A DNA stretch of 64,000 bases from Verrucomicrobiota bacterium (GTDB taxonomy: Bacteria > Verrucomicrobiota > Verrucomicrobiia > Opitutales > Seribacteraceae), in the NCBI GenBank assembly GCA_036164015.1, contig JAYZJX010000088.1:2670-66669 (forward strand), given 5' to 3'. Positions within the stretch are counted from its first letter, which is position 1. Every line of letters begins with the position of its first letter. The position numbers and the translations under genes are program-made. Below are positions 19,593-28,987 of the stretch, in pieces. The notes under the pieces were generated by a model. That model was not told where the DNA came from, did not search any database, and worked only from the letters and a program-made list of their open reading frames with translations.

Positions 19593-20552
19593 ATGCCTTT
19601 GCGACAATCCTTTTTCCTTCTTATTTTTTCAGGGATGTTTTCGTTTTCTTTGACCTTGAGAAGTGAGACTGAGAGAAACACGGAAGCCACTTCAAGCATC
19701 CCTGTAAAAGCGATGGATTATGGGGATGCTTTTATATACGGAATTGTAGAGGGCGTTACTGAGTTTTTACCCATTTCATCAACCGGACATCTTGTCTTAA
19801 CAAGTGAAGTTATTGGATCTGATAAATGGGGTTTATCGCAACAAGAAGCATTGCATGCATATTTAATTGTTATTCAAGGAGGAGCTATCTTAGCAGTAGC
19901 GATAATTTACTGGTCTCGTATTTGGTCCATGTTTATTGGAATTTTTGGTGTTAATCCAGAAGGCAGAAAGCTATTAATTAACATTTTAGTTGCTTTTATA
20001 CCTGCAGCGATATTGGGACTTTTGTTAGATTCAATAATTGAGGAATTTCTCTTTGGTCTTCTACCCATCGCCATTGCATTACTCCTTGGGGCTTTTTTGA
20101 TGCTATGGGCAGAGAAAAGAAAGCAAAAAGTAATAAACTTAAATACAGATAGGAATAAAAACCTAGAAAGCTTAGAAATGAAGGATTCCCTTACTATAGG
20201 ACTTCTTCAATGCGTGGCGATGTGTCCTGGGACAAGTCGCTCTATGATGACCATCGTAGGTGGGTATTTGGTTGGGCTTGAGAGAAAGTATGCGGCAGAG
20301 TTCAGTTTTCTTCTGGGTCTTGTGACCCTTACGGCAGCAGCTGGTTATAAAACTATTTCTAAATGGGAAACAATGTCCTCTCATTTGACCATTGGTCCTG
20401 TTCTAATGGGTTGCTTGGTGGCAGGTGTTTCTGCGGCCTTTTCAGTGGTTTGGCTTGTCGGATATCTTAGTAGAAATGGTCTTGGGGTTTTCGTTATTTA
20501 CAGGATCATTTTATCGATAGCAATTTTCGCATTTTATTTTTACGGCAAATAA
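19593..20552 (+). CDS. uppP: Undecaprenyl-diphosphate phosphatase with a signal-like N-terminal extension
   Basis: GIVEGVTEFLPISSTGHL, PGTSRS, AAEFSFLL; start uncertain (19569/19593/19713). Confidence 0.93.
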   Translation: MPLRQSFFLLIFSGMFSFSLTLRSETERNTEATSSIPVKAMDYGDAFIYGIVEGVTEFLPISSTGHLVLTSEVIGSDKWGLSQQEALHAYLIVIQGGAILAVAIIYWSRIWSMFIGIFGVNPEGRKLLINILVAFIPAAILGLLLDSIIEEFLFGLLPIAIALLLGAFLMLWAEKRKQKVINLNTDRNKNLESLEMKDSLTIGLLQCVAMCPGTSRSMMTIVGGYLVGLERKYAAEFSFLLGLVTLTAAAGYKTISKWETMSSHLTIGPVLMGCLVAGVSAAFSVVWLVGYLSRNGLGVFVIYRIILSIAIFAFYFYGK

Positions 20553-20588
20553 TAATCCAAATAGAAAAGAATCAAATTCGGTCTAATC

Positions 20589-20623
20589 TTGACGAAATAT
20601 TTTCGTTCCTTATTTTAAATATT
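20589..20623 (+). promoter_or_regulatory. Sigma70-like promoter of the rpmF-plsX-fabH operon (leaderless geometry)
   Basis: TTGACG-N16-TATTTT-N7-ATG, no Shine-Dalgarno. Confidence 0.6.
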
Positions 20624-20800
20624 ATGGGACAGCCTAAAAGAAAACATTCAAAGCAAAGAAGCAGAAAGCGTCGCGGTGCGAACCGTTTCAAAGCCCCTTT
20701 GCTTATTAAAGAAGCAGATGGAACATTTTCTCGATCTCACCGTGTAAACCCTGAGACCGGTGAGTATCGTGGCAGGCAAGTGCTCGATATAGAGGTTTAA
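20624..20800 (+). CDS. rpmF: 50S ribosomal protein bL32, Cys-free form (58 aa; below ORF-track cutoff)
   Basis: MGQPKRKHSKQRSRKRRGANRFKAPLLIKEADGTFSRSHRVNPETGEYRGRQVLDIEV; canonical position upstream of plsX. Confidence 0.93.
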   Translation: MGQPKRKHSKQRSRKRRGANRFKAPLLIKEADGTFSRSHRVNPETGEYRGRQVLDIEV

Positions 20801-20819
20801 TTAAACCTACAGCTTCGGC

Positions 20820-21881
20820 ATGAACGACTCCGAGGCTAAAATAACCCTTGCGGTCGATGCTATGGGCAGCGATAGGGGGCCAAGCGAAGTTGTCGCAGGT
20901 GTCTCGATGGCAGTAGATACTTCTCCGCGAGGAACTAAATTTTTGTTGTTTGGAAAAGAAGAAATTTTGATCAACGAAATTTCTAAATTTGACAATCTCA
21001 ATGGGGATCAAGTCGAGATCAGGCATGCATCAGAAGTTGTGGAAATGGATGAAAAACCTATCGCCGGGATAAAGGGCAAGAGAGATTCATCCATGGCACT
21101 GGCTATTCAGAGTGTTAAAGACCAAGAGGCACAAGCCCTTTTGAGTTGTGGAAATACAGGCTGTTTAATGGCTGGAAGTACTATTAGGCTTAGGACGCTT
21201 GAAGGATTGGAGCGTCCAGCTTTGTGTACAATTTGGCCTGGCAGAGAAAGATACTTTACTCTTTTGGACGCTGGGGCAAATCCTCACGCTAAGCCTTTGC
21301 ATATTGCACAAAATGCTATTCTTGGATCTAATTATGCAAGAGTGGCACTTGGGCTTGTTCGTCCAAAAATCGGTCTTCTCACTATTGGTACAGAGGAAGG
21401 TAAAGGGAATGATTTGATCAACGAAACCCACAGTATGCTTAAAGATATTGACGGAAGTATTATAAATTACAGCGGTTTGATCGAAGGTTTCCAAATTTTT
21501 GAGAATGCAGTCGATGTTGTGGTCTGTGATGGGTTTGTGGGAAATATTGTACTTAAAGCATGTGAATCGTTGAGTAAGCTAATCAGTTCTTTTTTGGATG
21601 AAGAGTTGAGACGAAATGCTCTAAGAAAAACAGGAGCACTTTTATCAAAAGGAGCCTTTAAGAGTTTGAAACAAAGAATTAACCCGGAACAATTTGGTGG
21701 AGCACCTTTACTTGGGCTTACCCAAAATGTTATCAAGGCACATGGTTCATCAAATCAAAATCATGTTAGTGGTGCGGTAAAAATTGCATTAGATTTGGTT
21801 CAACATGATATGCTTACTCAGCTGGCCACTGATATTCGTGAAGCTAATGAGATTTTCCGTCCAAACTTTAACATTGAATGA
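20820..21881 (+). CDS. plsX: Phosphate acyltransferase PlsX
   Basis: LAVDAMGSD, GLERPAL, DVVVCDGFVGNIVLK, GGAPLLGL, KAHGSS. Confidence 0.96.
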   Translation: MNDSEAKITLAVDAMGSDRGPSEVVAGVSMAVDTSPRGTKFLLFGKEEILINEISKFDNLNGDQVEIRHASEVVEMDEKPIAGIKGKRDSSMALAIQSVKDQEAQALLSCGNTGCLMAGSTIRLRTLEGLERPALCTIWPGRERYFTLLDAGANPHAKPLHIAQNAILGSNYARVALGLVRPKIGLLTIGTEEGKGNDLINETHSMLKDIDGSIINYSGLIEGFQIFENAVDVVVCDGFVGNIVLKACESLSKLISSFLDEELRRNALRKTGALLSKGAFKSLKQRINPEQFGGAPLLGLTQNVIKAHGSSNQNHVSGAVKIALDLVQHDMLTQLATDIREANEIFRPNFNIE

Positions 21882-21905
21882 GTTTAAATCACGAAAAATA
21901 GAGAA

Positions 21906-22895
21906 ATGGCTGCCGAGCGAAACAGAGTAATTTTGGGTATGGGTTCTCATGTGCCACAAAAGGTTTTGGGCAATGAAGAACTAAGTAAAAAAGTCGATAC
22001 TTCTCATGAATGGATTCAATCTAGGACGGGCATCATTGAAAGGAGAATTGCCGAAGAGCAAGAGTCCACCAGTGACTTAGCTTATGAAGCAGCACGAAAA
22101 GCTATCAATGATGCCGGCGTAAATATTGAGCAAATTGATTTGGTAATAGTGGCAACTATAACCCCAGATATGTCATTTCCTTCGACCGCCTGTCTTTTGC
22201 AGCATCGTCTCGGTCTGAAGCATGTGACTTGCTTTGATCTTGAAGCGGCATGCTCTGGATTTCTTTATTCTCTTGATGTTGCAGATGGTATGATAGCTTC
22301 GGGTAGATACAATTGTGCCTTGGTCATTGGTGCAGAGAAAATGTCCTCGATTATGGATTGGGAAGATAGGACCACTTGTGTTTTATTTGGAGATGGTGCA
22401 GGTGCAGCCATTATCAGTTCTAAAGGAAGTGGCCCTTCCTTACTTGGCTTTCGTTCTGGTGCTGATGGATCAAACCCATCCCTTTTATATCAACCGGCAG
22501 GTGGTTCTTTAAAACCAGCAAGTGTACAAACAATCGATAAGAGAGAACATTTTCTCAAGATGAATGGAAAAGAAATTTTTAAGTCTGCCGTTCGAGTAAT
22601 GGAAAAAGCCATTAGGGACTTGCTCGCTGATCATAAATATAAAATTTCGGATGTTGATCATGTCATCCCTCATCAAGCGAATGTTAGAATAGTGGAGAGT
22701 ATGGCCCAAAGACTTGAAATTCCGATGGAAAAGTTTTTTTGTAATCTTGACCGTCATGGTAATACTTCAGCAGCCTCAATACCTTTGGCTTTAGATGAAG
22801 CAATTAGAAAAAACATATTCAATGAAGGTGATCTTGCCGTTCTGGTTGCCTTCGGAGCAGGCTTGACTTGGTCATCAACACTTGTTCGATTCTAG
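21906..22895 (+). CDS. fabH: 3-oxoacyl-ACP synthase III
   Basis: AACSGF, LFGDGAGA, PHQANVRI, GNTSAAS, AFGAGLTW. Confidence 0.97.
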   Translation: MAAERNRVILGMGSHVPQKVLGNEELSKKVDTSHEWIQSRTGIIERRIAEEQESTSDLAYEAARKAINDAGVNIEQIDLVIVATITPDMSFPSTACLLQHRLGLKHVTCFDLEAACSGFLYSLDVADGMIASGRYNCALVIGAEKMSSIMDWEDRTTCVLFGDGAGAAIISSKGSGPSLLGFRSGADGSNPSLLYQPAGGSLKPASVQTIDKREHFLKMNGKEIFKSAVRVMEKAIRDLLADHKYKISDVDHVIPHQANVRIVESMAQRLEIPMEKFFCNLDRHGNTSAASIPLALDEAIRKNIFNEGDLAVLVAFGAGLTWSSTLVRF

Positions 22896-22912
22896 AATAA
22901 CTCTTTAATATT

Positions 22913-24010
22913 TTGAAATCATTATTAATCATTTTAACAGTAAACTTTCTTTTTTTGGATTTTCTTTCGGCACAAAAAAGAAACTCACGTAATCTTCATG
23001 ATTCAAGCGAGGAACATTTATTTCCTGGAACTGGTTTTTTTATTAAAAATCGTAAGCCTTATGAGGACTACCAGGCAAAGGCATGGTTTAAGGAGGCTTA
23101 TTTATTAGAGAAGGAAGAAAAAACCTCCAAAGCTCTTTCATTATATGAGAAATTTACTAAAAGACGCTCAGATGCCATTTTAAAGATTGATGCCAAAACT
23201 TATAAAGTTGCTCCGGAATCCCTCTTCCGTGCCGCTACAATCCGTGAAGCAAGGGGTGATTGGAGTAAATCTTTTGATCACCTTAAATTAATTGCACAGG
23301 CATATACAGATTATGACTTCGAGCTTGTGGCTGATTCGTTGATGAGGATTTCTGAAAGATTGGCGAAGGAAAAGCTACCTTCTAGGTGGGGGATAATTCC
23401 TCGCTTTCGTTCCGGTAACCAAGATCGTTCAAGATTTAACGAAATTTCCTCACTTACTAAAGGCCCAAAACATGCACCGAGGGCACTTATGGTCTTAGCT
23501 GAGATTTCGATCAAAGATAATAAAGAAGAGGAAGCTGTAGACGCCTTGATACGTTTAGTTAATTTGTATCCAGATCATTATCTCAGTGAGAAGGCATATT
23601 TTCTGATTGCTCAAGTTTATGAGAACATGGTTGCTGGTCCAGCTTATGATCAAGGAGCAACCATGAAATCACTCAATTTCTATGAGGATTATCTCATTCT
23701 CTACGAAAATGCTCCGGAAAGGGATATTCACGAGACAGATGAGAAATATGATGCAAGGATTAAAGAGTATGGTTTGAGAAAGAAAAATGCTGAACTTGGT
23801 AGAATCAGAATGAGAGAAACATTGGCCTCAAGTAAATTAGAAATTGGAAGTTATTTGGAAAATTATGGAAAATACTTCATTACTCGCTGGCGTGATCTAG
23901 GCGATGAGCCCTCATTACAGTTTTACAATGAGGCGATCACTGTAGCACCAGAATCAGAGGCTGCCCGAATTGCGGAGAAAAAAATACTTAATCTTAAAAA
24001 TGGCGAGTGA
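22913..24010 (+). CDS. BamD/YfiO-like TPR outer-membrane assembly protein
   Basis: Signal peptide; TPR helices; GPAYDQGAT...FYEDYL motif resembling the BamD DQ..T segment; followed by an LptE-like gene. Confidence 0.65.
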   Translation: MKSLLIILTVNFLFLDFLSAQKRNSRNLHDSSEEHLFPGTGFFIKNRKPYEDYQAKAWFKEAYLLEKEEKTSKALSLYEKFTKRRSDAILKIDAKTYKVAPESLFRAATIREARGDWSKSFDHLKLIAQAYTDYDFELVADSLMRISERLAKEKLPSRWGIIPRFRSGNQDRSRFNEISSLTKGPKHAPRALMVLAEISIKDNKEEEAVDALIRLVNLYPDHYLSEKAYFLIAQVYENMVAGPAYDQGATMKSLNFYEDYLILYENAPERDIHETDEKYDARIKEYGLRKKNAELGRIRMRETLASSKLEIGSYLENYGKYFITRWRDLGDEPSLQFYNEAITVAPESEAARIAEKKILNLKNGE

Positions 24011-24528
24011 ACATCGCATTAATTAATTTATCAAAACTTACTTTTTTATGCCTCTGCTATTTCTTTTTAAGTAGTTGTAAGTATAAAACCCTTAAAAAAG
24101 CTTCATCTAGCCAAGATGTTTACATTTCTGTCGTTAATCGATCGTTGGCTCCTCAATTTGGTATACTGCTAAAGCGAAAGATTAAAGAAATGATTTCCCG
24201 AACTGATAATTACAAACTTGTGAATTCTCCCAATGACAGTGATCTAGAAATAAATGTGATGGTGAAATCTTATGAGAAAGAACCAGGGGTTTATTTGGAA
24301 GATGATCCAATAATTGCTTCTTCGATCGATAATAGAATTGGGGTTGAGGTCTTTTTCAAGCGGAATCAACTGCCAGATAAATCTTTCAGAGAGTCGTTTA
24401 AGCTTTCGGCTCCGTCCTTACGTCCCTCAGAGAGAAGCCAAGCACTTTCACGCAATGCCTTTTATGAACTTGCTGAAAACTTTTCCAGAAAGATTAGGTT
24501 TATGTTGCTTAATCTTGAAGGAATTTAA
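24007..24528 (+). CDS. LptE-like LPS-assembly lipoprotein
   Basis: Lipobox FLSSC, then YISVVNRSLAP...ADLEI-type beta strands; 173 aa; overlaps the bamD-like stop. Confidence 0.55.
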   Translation: MNIALINLSKLTFLCLCYFFLSSCKYKTLKKASSSQDVYISVVNRSLAPQFGILLKRKIKEMISRTDNYKLVNSPNDSDLEINVMVKSYEKEPGVYLEDDPIIASSIDNRIGVEVFFKRNQLPDKSFRESFKLSAPSLRPSERSQALSRNAFYELAENFSRKIRFMLLNLEGI

Positions 24529-24532
24529 AGCA

Positions 24533-25201
24533 ATGGATGAAAGAATTAAAAGATTAGCTCCATCTATACTAGCGGGCAATCATGCCAATCTAAAGGACGC
24601 ACTCTTAATCACTGATAAAGATGGTAGAGAATGGATACATCTTGATATTATGGATGGACATTTTGTTCCTAATCTGAGTTTTGGTCCCCAAACTGTTGCT
24701 GATTTACGAAAATATTCAAAACAGTTTTTTGATGTTCATCTTATGTTAGATCAACCTGATCGTTATGTGGATGCCTTTATTGAGGCAGGTTCGGATCTGA
24801 TTAGCATTCATGTTGAGCCGAAATATGATAAGCAGGCAACCTTGGACAAAATAAAAAAATCCGGAGTCAAAACCGGAATGGTTATTAACCCAGATTCTCC
24901 CATCGATGGACTTATTCCTTATCTAAGCCAACTCGATTTAGTATTGTTAATGACGGTTTTCCCAGGTTTTGGTGGCCAAAAATTTATTGAAGAAGTCTTA
25001 GATAAAGCACACGAAATCTCGCAATTAAGAAAAAGTAAGAATTATAATTTTCTTTTAGAGGTAGACGGAGGAGTCGGACCAGAACATATACAAAATTGCT
25101 TGGAAGCAGGCGTCGATATTTTCGTAGCCGGCACTGCGTATTTTAAGAGAAGTTTTTCCGAAAGACAAAAATTCGCCGAGTCAGTTGAGTTGAGTACTTA
25201 A
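24533..25201 (+). CDS. rpe: Ribulose-phosphate 3-epimerase
   Basis: LAPSILA, HLDIMDGHFVPNLSFG, DVHLM, MTVFPGFGGQKF, EVDGGV; ATG at 24533 (ORF track over-extends). Confidence 0.96.
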   Translation: MDERIKRLAPSILAGNHANLKDALLITDKDGREWIHLDIMDGHFVPNLSFGPQTVADLRKYSKQFFDVHLMLDQPDRYVDAFIEAGSDLISIHVEPKYDKQATLDKIKKSGVKTGMVINPDSPIDGLIPYLSQLDLVLLMTVFPGFGGQKFIEEVLDKAHEISQLRKSKNYNFLLEVDGGVGPEHIQNCLEAGVDIFVAGTAYFKRSFSERQKFAESVELST

Positions 25202-25217
25202 GAATTAACCTTAGCTA

Positions 25218-27419
25218 TCACAGATAGGGTGCTAAGACTAGTGCCACAACTGACATTAGTTTCAATAAAATATTAAGGGACGGTCCTGAAGTATCCTTTA
25301 ACGGATCTCCAACTGTATCACCAACAACTGCGGCTTTATGTACCTCTGATCCTTTACCATGCTTGGATCCATCGATTTCATATCCTTCCTCTACCATTTT
25401 CTTAGCATTATCCCAAGCACCTCCAGCATTGGATTGAAAAAGAGCCATAAGCACTCCGGATGCTGTCACTCCAGCAAGTAGTCCACCTAGCATTTCAGCT
25501 CCACTCCCAGGGAAAAGATAATTACCTCCAAGACCAATAATTACTGGAGATAAAATAGCAACTAAACCAGGCAAAACCATTTCTTTAATTGCGGATTGAG
25601 TAGAAATCTCAACACATTTTCCATATTCGGCAGAATCAATCGCGTCATCAAAGTTTTCTCTCTCTTCTTCAGACCATTCGTCTGAAGATTTACCTTCATT
25701 TCGATTCATGATCTCAAGAGCTGTTTTCAGTGCAGGAATATCATGGAATTGCCTGCGAACTTCTTGGATCATTGACATTGCAGCTCTTCCTACAGCACCC
25801 ATGGCTAAAGCACTAAATAAGAAGGGAAGCATTGATCCGATAAACAGTCCCGCCATTACTTTAGGTGCAGATACATCAATAATTTCAATACCCGCAGTTT
25901 CTTTAAAGGCAGCAAATAATGCCAGAGCAGTAAGAGCAGCTGAACCAATAGCAAAACCTTTACCGATGGCAGCAGTTGTATTCCCAACTGCGTCTAGTTT
26001 GTCCGTCCGCTGACGAACTTCTGGTGGAAGTTCAGACATTTCTGCTATACCACCGGCATTATCCGAAATCGGACCGTATGCATCAACCGCTAGTTGAATA
26101 CCAGTATTAGAGAGCATACCAACTGCCGCGATGGCAATTCCATAGAGACCAGCAAGTTCATATGCTCCGACAACGGCAGTGGCTAGGATTAAGATTGGAA
26201 AAGTTGTTGAAATCATTCCAACGCCCAGTCCCGATATTATATTAGTCGCATAACCAGTGATAGACTGATCGACGATGGCACGGACAGGTCTCTTATTTGT
26301 ACCTGTATAATGTTCGGTGATAAAACCTATAGCCAATCCCGCAATCAATCCAATAATGGTAGCCCAAAATACACCCATGGCTGTGTAGGTAATGTCGTTG
26401 TAAGACCAAGTTTCAGGTAAAAATTTATTAATTATAAAATATGATGCAACTATCATGACTGCTGATGAGAAGAACTCACCAGTGTTCAGGGCTTTCTGCG
26501 GATCGTCTCCGTCCTTTACTTTCACGAGGAAAGTTCCAAGAATTGAAGTAATAATTCCGACAGCGCCTAGGATTAAGGGAAGGAGTATGGGAGAGAGCCC
26601 TCCTAAAAAGTCTGTAAAATTTGTTGCTCCAGCCACCATTGCAGCCCCAAGAACCATTGTGCCAATGATAGATCCTACATAAGATTCAAACAAATCTGCT
26701 CCCATGCCTGCAACATCTCCTACATTATCCCCAACATTGTCAGCGATAGTTGCAGGATTAAGAGGATGATCCTCTGGAATGCCAGCTTCCACCTTACCGA
26801 CCAAATCTGCACCAACATCTGCAGCTTTTGTGTAAATACCGCCTCCAACCCTTGCAAATAATGCGATAGATGATGCACCAAATGAAAAGCCAGTTAAAAC
26901 CGATAAAGTGACGCCTAATGAGGCACCCGGTTGAAATGCACCAAAATGATTTCCAAAAAGATAAAAAAGACCACCCAGTCCGAGAATGCCTAGACCTACC
27001 ACACCAAGTCCCATAACCGCACCTCCGGAGAAAGCTACCTCGAGTGCTTTTCCTAAGCTGTCTTTAGCAGCATTAGCAGTTCTCACATTAGCTTTCGTTG
27101 CCACTTTCATACCAAGAAATCCAGCTAACGCAGAACACAAAGCACCTACCGCAAAGGATAAAGCTACAAGTGAATGGCTTTGTTCGTTGTTAGAGCCGCT
27201 CCAGTAAAGCAAGGCAGCAACGGCTGCTACAAATATTATAAGGATACGGTACTCAGCTCTGAGAAAAGCCATGGCACCTTCCTGAATGCTCCGTGCAATT
27301 TTTACCATCCGCTCCGATCCTTCGGGTATTGAATTTATAGATTGAGTCTTCCACCATGTGAAAAGCAGGGCTAGGACTCCGATTGAAGGCAAAGAGAGTA
27401 GGAGGTTTTCAAGATTCAT
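25218..27419 (-). CDS. hppA: Membrane-integral pyrophosphatase, K+-dependent, probably Na+-pumping
   Basis: [49 protein letters not shown] (K+-dependent signature), [14 protein letters not shown]. Confidence 0.95.
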   Translation of the reverse strand: MNLENLLLSLPSIGVLALLFTWWKTQSINSIPEGSERMVKIARSIQEGAMAFLRAEYRILIIFVAAVAALLYWSGSNNEQSHSLVALSFAVGALCSALAGFLGMKVATKANVRTANAAKDSLGKALEVAFSGGAVMGLGVVGLGILGLGGLFYLFGNHFGAFQPGASLGVTLSVLTGFSFGASSIALFARVGGGIYTKAADVGADLVGKVEAGIPEDHPLNPATIADNVGDNVGDVAGMGADLFESYVGSIIGTMVLGAAMVAGATNFTDFLGGLSPILLPLILGAVGIITSILGTFLVKVKDGDDPQKALNTGEFFSSAVMIVASYFIINKFLPETWSYNDITYTAMGVFWATIIGLIAGLAIGFITEHYTGTNKRPVRAIVDQSITGYATNIISGLGVGMISTTFPILILATAVVGAYELAGLYGIAIAAVGMLSNTGIQLAVDAYGPISDNAGGIAEMSELPPEVRQRTDKLDAVGNTTAAIGKGFAIGSAALTALALFAAFKETAGIEIIDVSAPKVMAGLFIGSMLPFLFSALAMGAVGRAAMSMIQEVRRQFHDIPALKTALEIMNRNEGKSSDEWSEEERENFDDAIDSAEYGKCVEISTQSAIKEMVLPGLVAILSPVIIGLGGNYLFPGSGAEMLGGLLAGVTASGVLMALFQSNAGGAWDNAKKMVEEGYEIDGSKHGKGSEVHKAAVVGDTVGDPLKDTSGPSLNILLKLMSVVALVLAPYL

Positions 27420-27596
27420 ACTTTTGAGGAATAAGTGATTTTATAATAAGACAAGGCAAAGACTAATGATCGAAAAAGATTGATTTTGATCGATTGTGAT
27501 CTTTTTGGCAAGTTTGTAATTATTTCTAGGTTAGTAATACGATATAATGATTCTAATATTACTTGCATTACTTGGCTAATTCTTCAGAGTAAATGC

Positions 27597-28829
27597 ATGA
27601 AATTAGTACTCTCGTCGTTTTTGGTTTTCGTTTATTTAATTAATTTAACCTCTTGCCAAAACCCTTATCGTAGACCTGGACAAAATGCTTCACAAAAACA
27701 AAGTTACATTTCTCCATCTTCAGAGAAGAGTAATGTTTCGACTGATGCTTACAGAGTAGATAGCAAGCAGTACGACCAATTTTTTGTTATGAGATATGGT
27801 CTCTTGTACCAAAAGCATTCAGATGTTCCTTTTACTGGAAGAATTGTTCAAGTGAATAATGGAAATGAAGGAAAGTATGTTTCTTCTGATGAGAATTGGT
27901 CTAATGGTAAAAAACATGGACAATCGACTAAATGGTTCTCGAACGGTACTAAGATGTATGAAAGGAATTACAAAGATGGCAAATGGCACGGTGCAGTAAC
28001 CCGATGGTGGCCTAACGGTCAAAGAATGTATGTGACAGCCTACACTGAAGGAGTAAGGAATGGTCGTGAAGCTAAATGGAAATCAGATGGCACTCCACTT
28101 AATGTTTCGTCAGATGGGAATAATGATCAGAAAGAAACCGATCCAGTAGGAAATACATCTTCACAAGAAAGTGTTAGTGAGTCTCCTTCGGTAGCCTTTC
28201 CTTCAGTTGACATTTCGCCCTCTCCAGTCTTACCCGTAGTAAGTGAGCCGGAACCAAGTATTGAGTCTGACCCTGATGGAATACCCTCCATTCCAGAACT
28301 TCCTGGCATCTCAGACTCGAATGAAGTAGCACCTTCATTGCCTGAACTACCCGAGCCAACTGACTCAGCTCCAAGTAATGAATCAAGCACTGAAGAATTG
28401 CCCGCGTTACCAGGTTTACCAATGGATCCTTCGGCTGAATCTGGAGAAAGCTTACCAGAGCTTCCTGGTATCTCAGACTCGAATGAAGTAACACCTTCAT
28501 TACCTGAACTTCCTGGTTCGACTGGTACAGCACCAAGTGATGAATTACCCGCGTTACCAGGTTTACCAATGGATCCTTCGGCTGAATCTGGAGAAAGCTT
28601 ACCAGAACTTCCTGGTATCTCAGACTCGAATGAAGCAACACCTTCATTGCCTGAACTTCCTGGTTCGACTGTCACAGCACCAGGCGATGAGTTGCCCGCA
28701 TTACCTGGTTTACCTATGGATCCTTCGGCTGAATCTGGAGAAAGCTTGCCTGAACTTCCTGGGCTTCCACCATTACCTAGCTCAAACAGTGATTCTGGTG
28801 ATTTACCACCACTCCCACCTCTCCCCTAA
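27597..28829 (+). CDS. Lipoprotein with MORN-variant repeats and a long Pro/Glu/Leu-rich repeat tail
   Basis: MKLVLSS...LTSC lipobox (ATG 27597); PFTGRIV, NGKKHG, DGKWHG, EGVRNG repeats; tail of PELPG/PALPGLP units ending PPLPPLP. Confidence 0.85.
   Translation: MKLVLSSFLVFVYLINLTSCQNPYRRPGQNASQKQSYISPSSEKSNVSTDAYRVDSKQYDQFFVMRYGLLYQKHSDVPFTGRIVQVNNGNEGKYVSSDENWSNGKKHGQSTKWFSNGTKMYERNYKDGKWHGAVTRWWPNGQRMYVTAYTEGVRNGREAKWKSDGTPLNVSSDGNNDQKETDPVGNTSSQESVSESPSVAFPSVDISPSPVLPVVSEPEPSIESDPDGIPSIPELPGISDSNEVAPSLPELPEPTDSAPSNESSTEELPALPGLPMDPSAESGESLPELPGISDSNEVTPSLPELPGSTGTAPSDELPALPGLPMDPSAESGESLPELPGISDSNEATPSLPELPGSTVTAPGDELPALPGLPMDPSAESGESLPELPGLPPLPSSNSDSGDLPPLPPLP
28293..28763. repeat. Intragenic tandem repeat, ~3.1 units (162, 147, 147 bp)
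   Basis: Units start at 28293, 28455, 28602 and 28749 (partial); each encodes PELPGISDSNExxPSLPELP...ELPALPGLPMDPSAESGESL with near-identical DNA. Confidence 0.93.
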
Positions 28830-28987
28830 AAAGAATACACTTTTCAATACAGATAAATTCCAAAAAAGAAAATAGAGATCTAAAGGCTTCATTGTAATAA
28901 CTCATGTGTAGATAATTGGATTTTATCTGCTAAATCCTATTTTTCTTGGTAAACTTTCTACCCTAATTATAGATCTAAATACAGGAA

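Noticed and set aside
24314-24532. N-terminal extension of rpe, and similar ORF-track extensions of nth (30685-30864), argH, 27480-27596, 55690-55731 and 59027-59107
   Set aside because: They overlap neighbouring genes or promoters and precede the conserved family N-terminus; downstream starts fit better.
28293-28763. Tandem repeats as a possible CRISPR array
   Set aside because: Units are 147-162 bp, in frame, without unique spacers, inside a coding region; no cas genes in the window.
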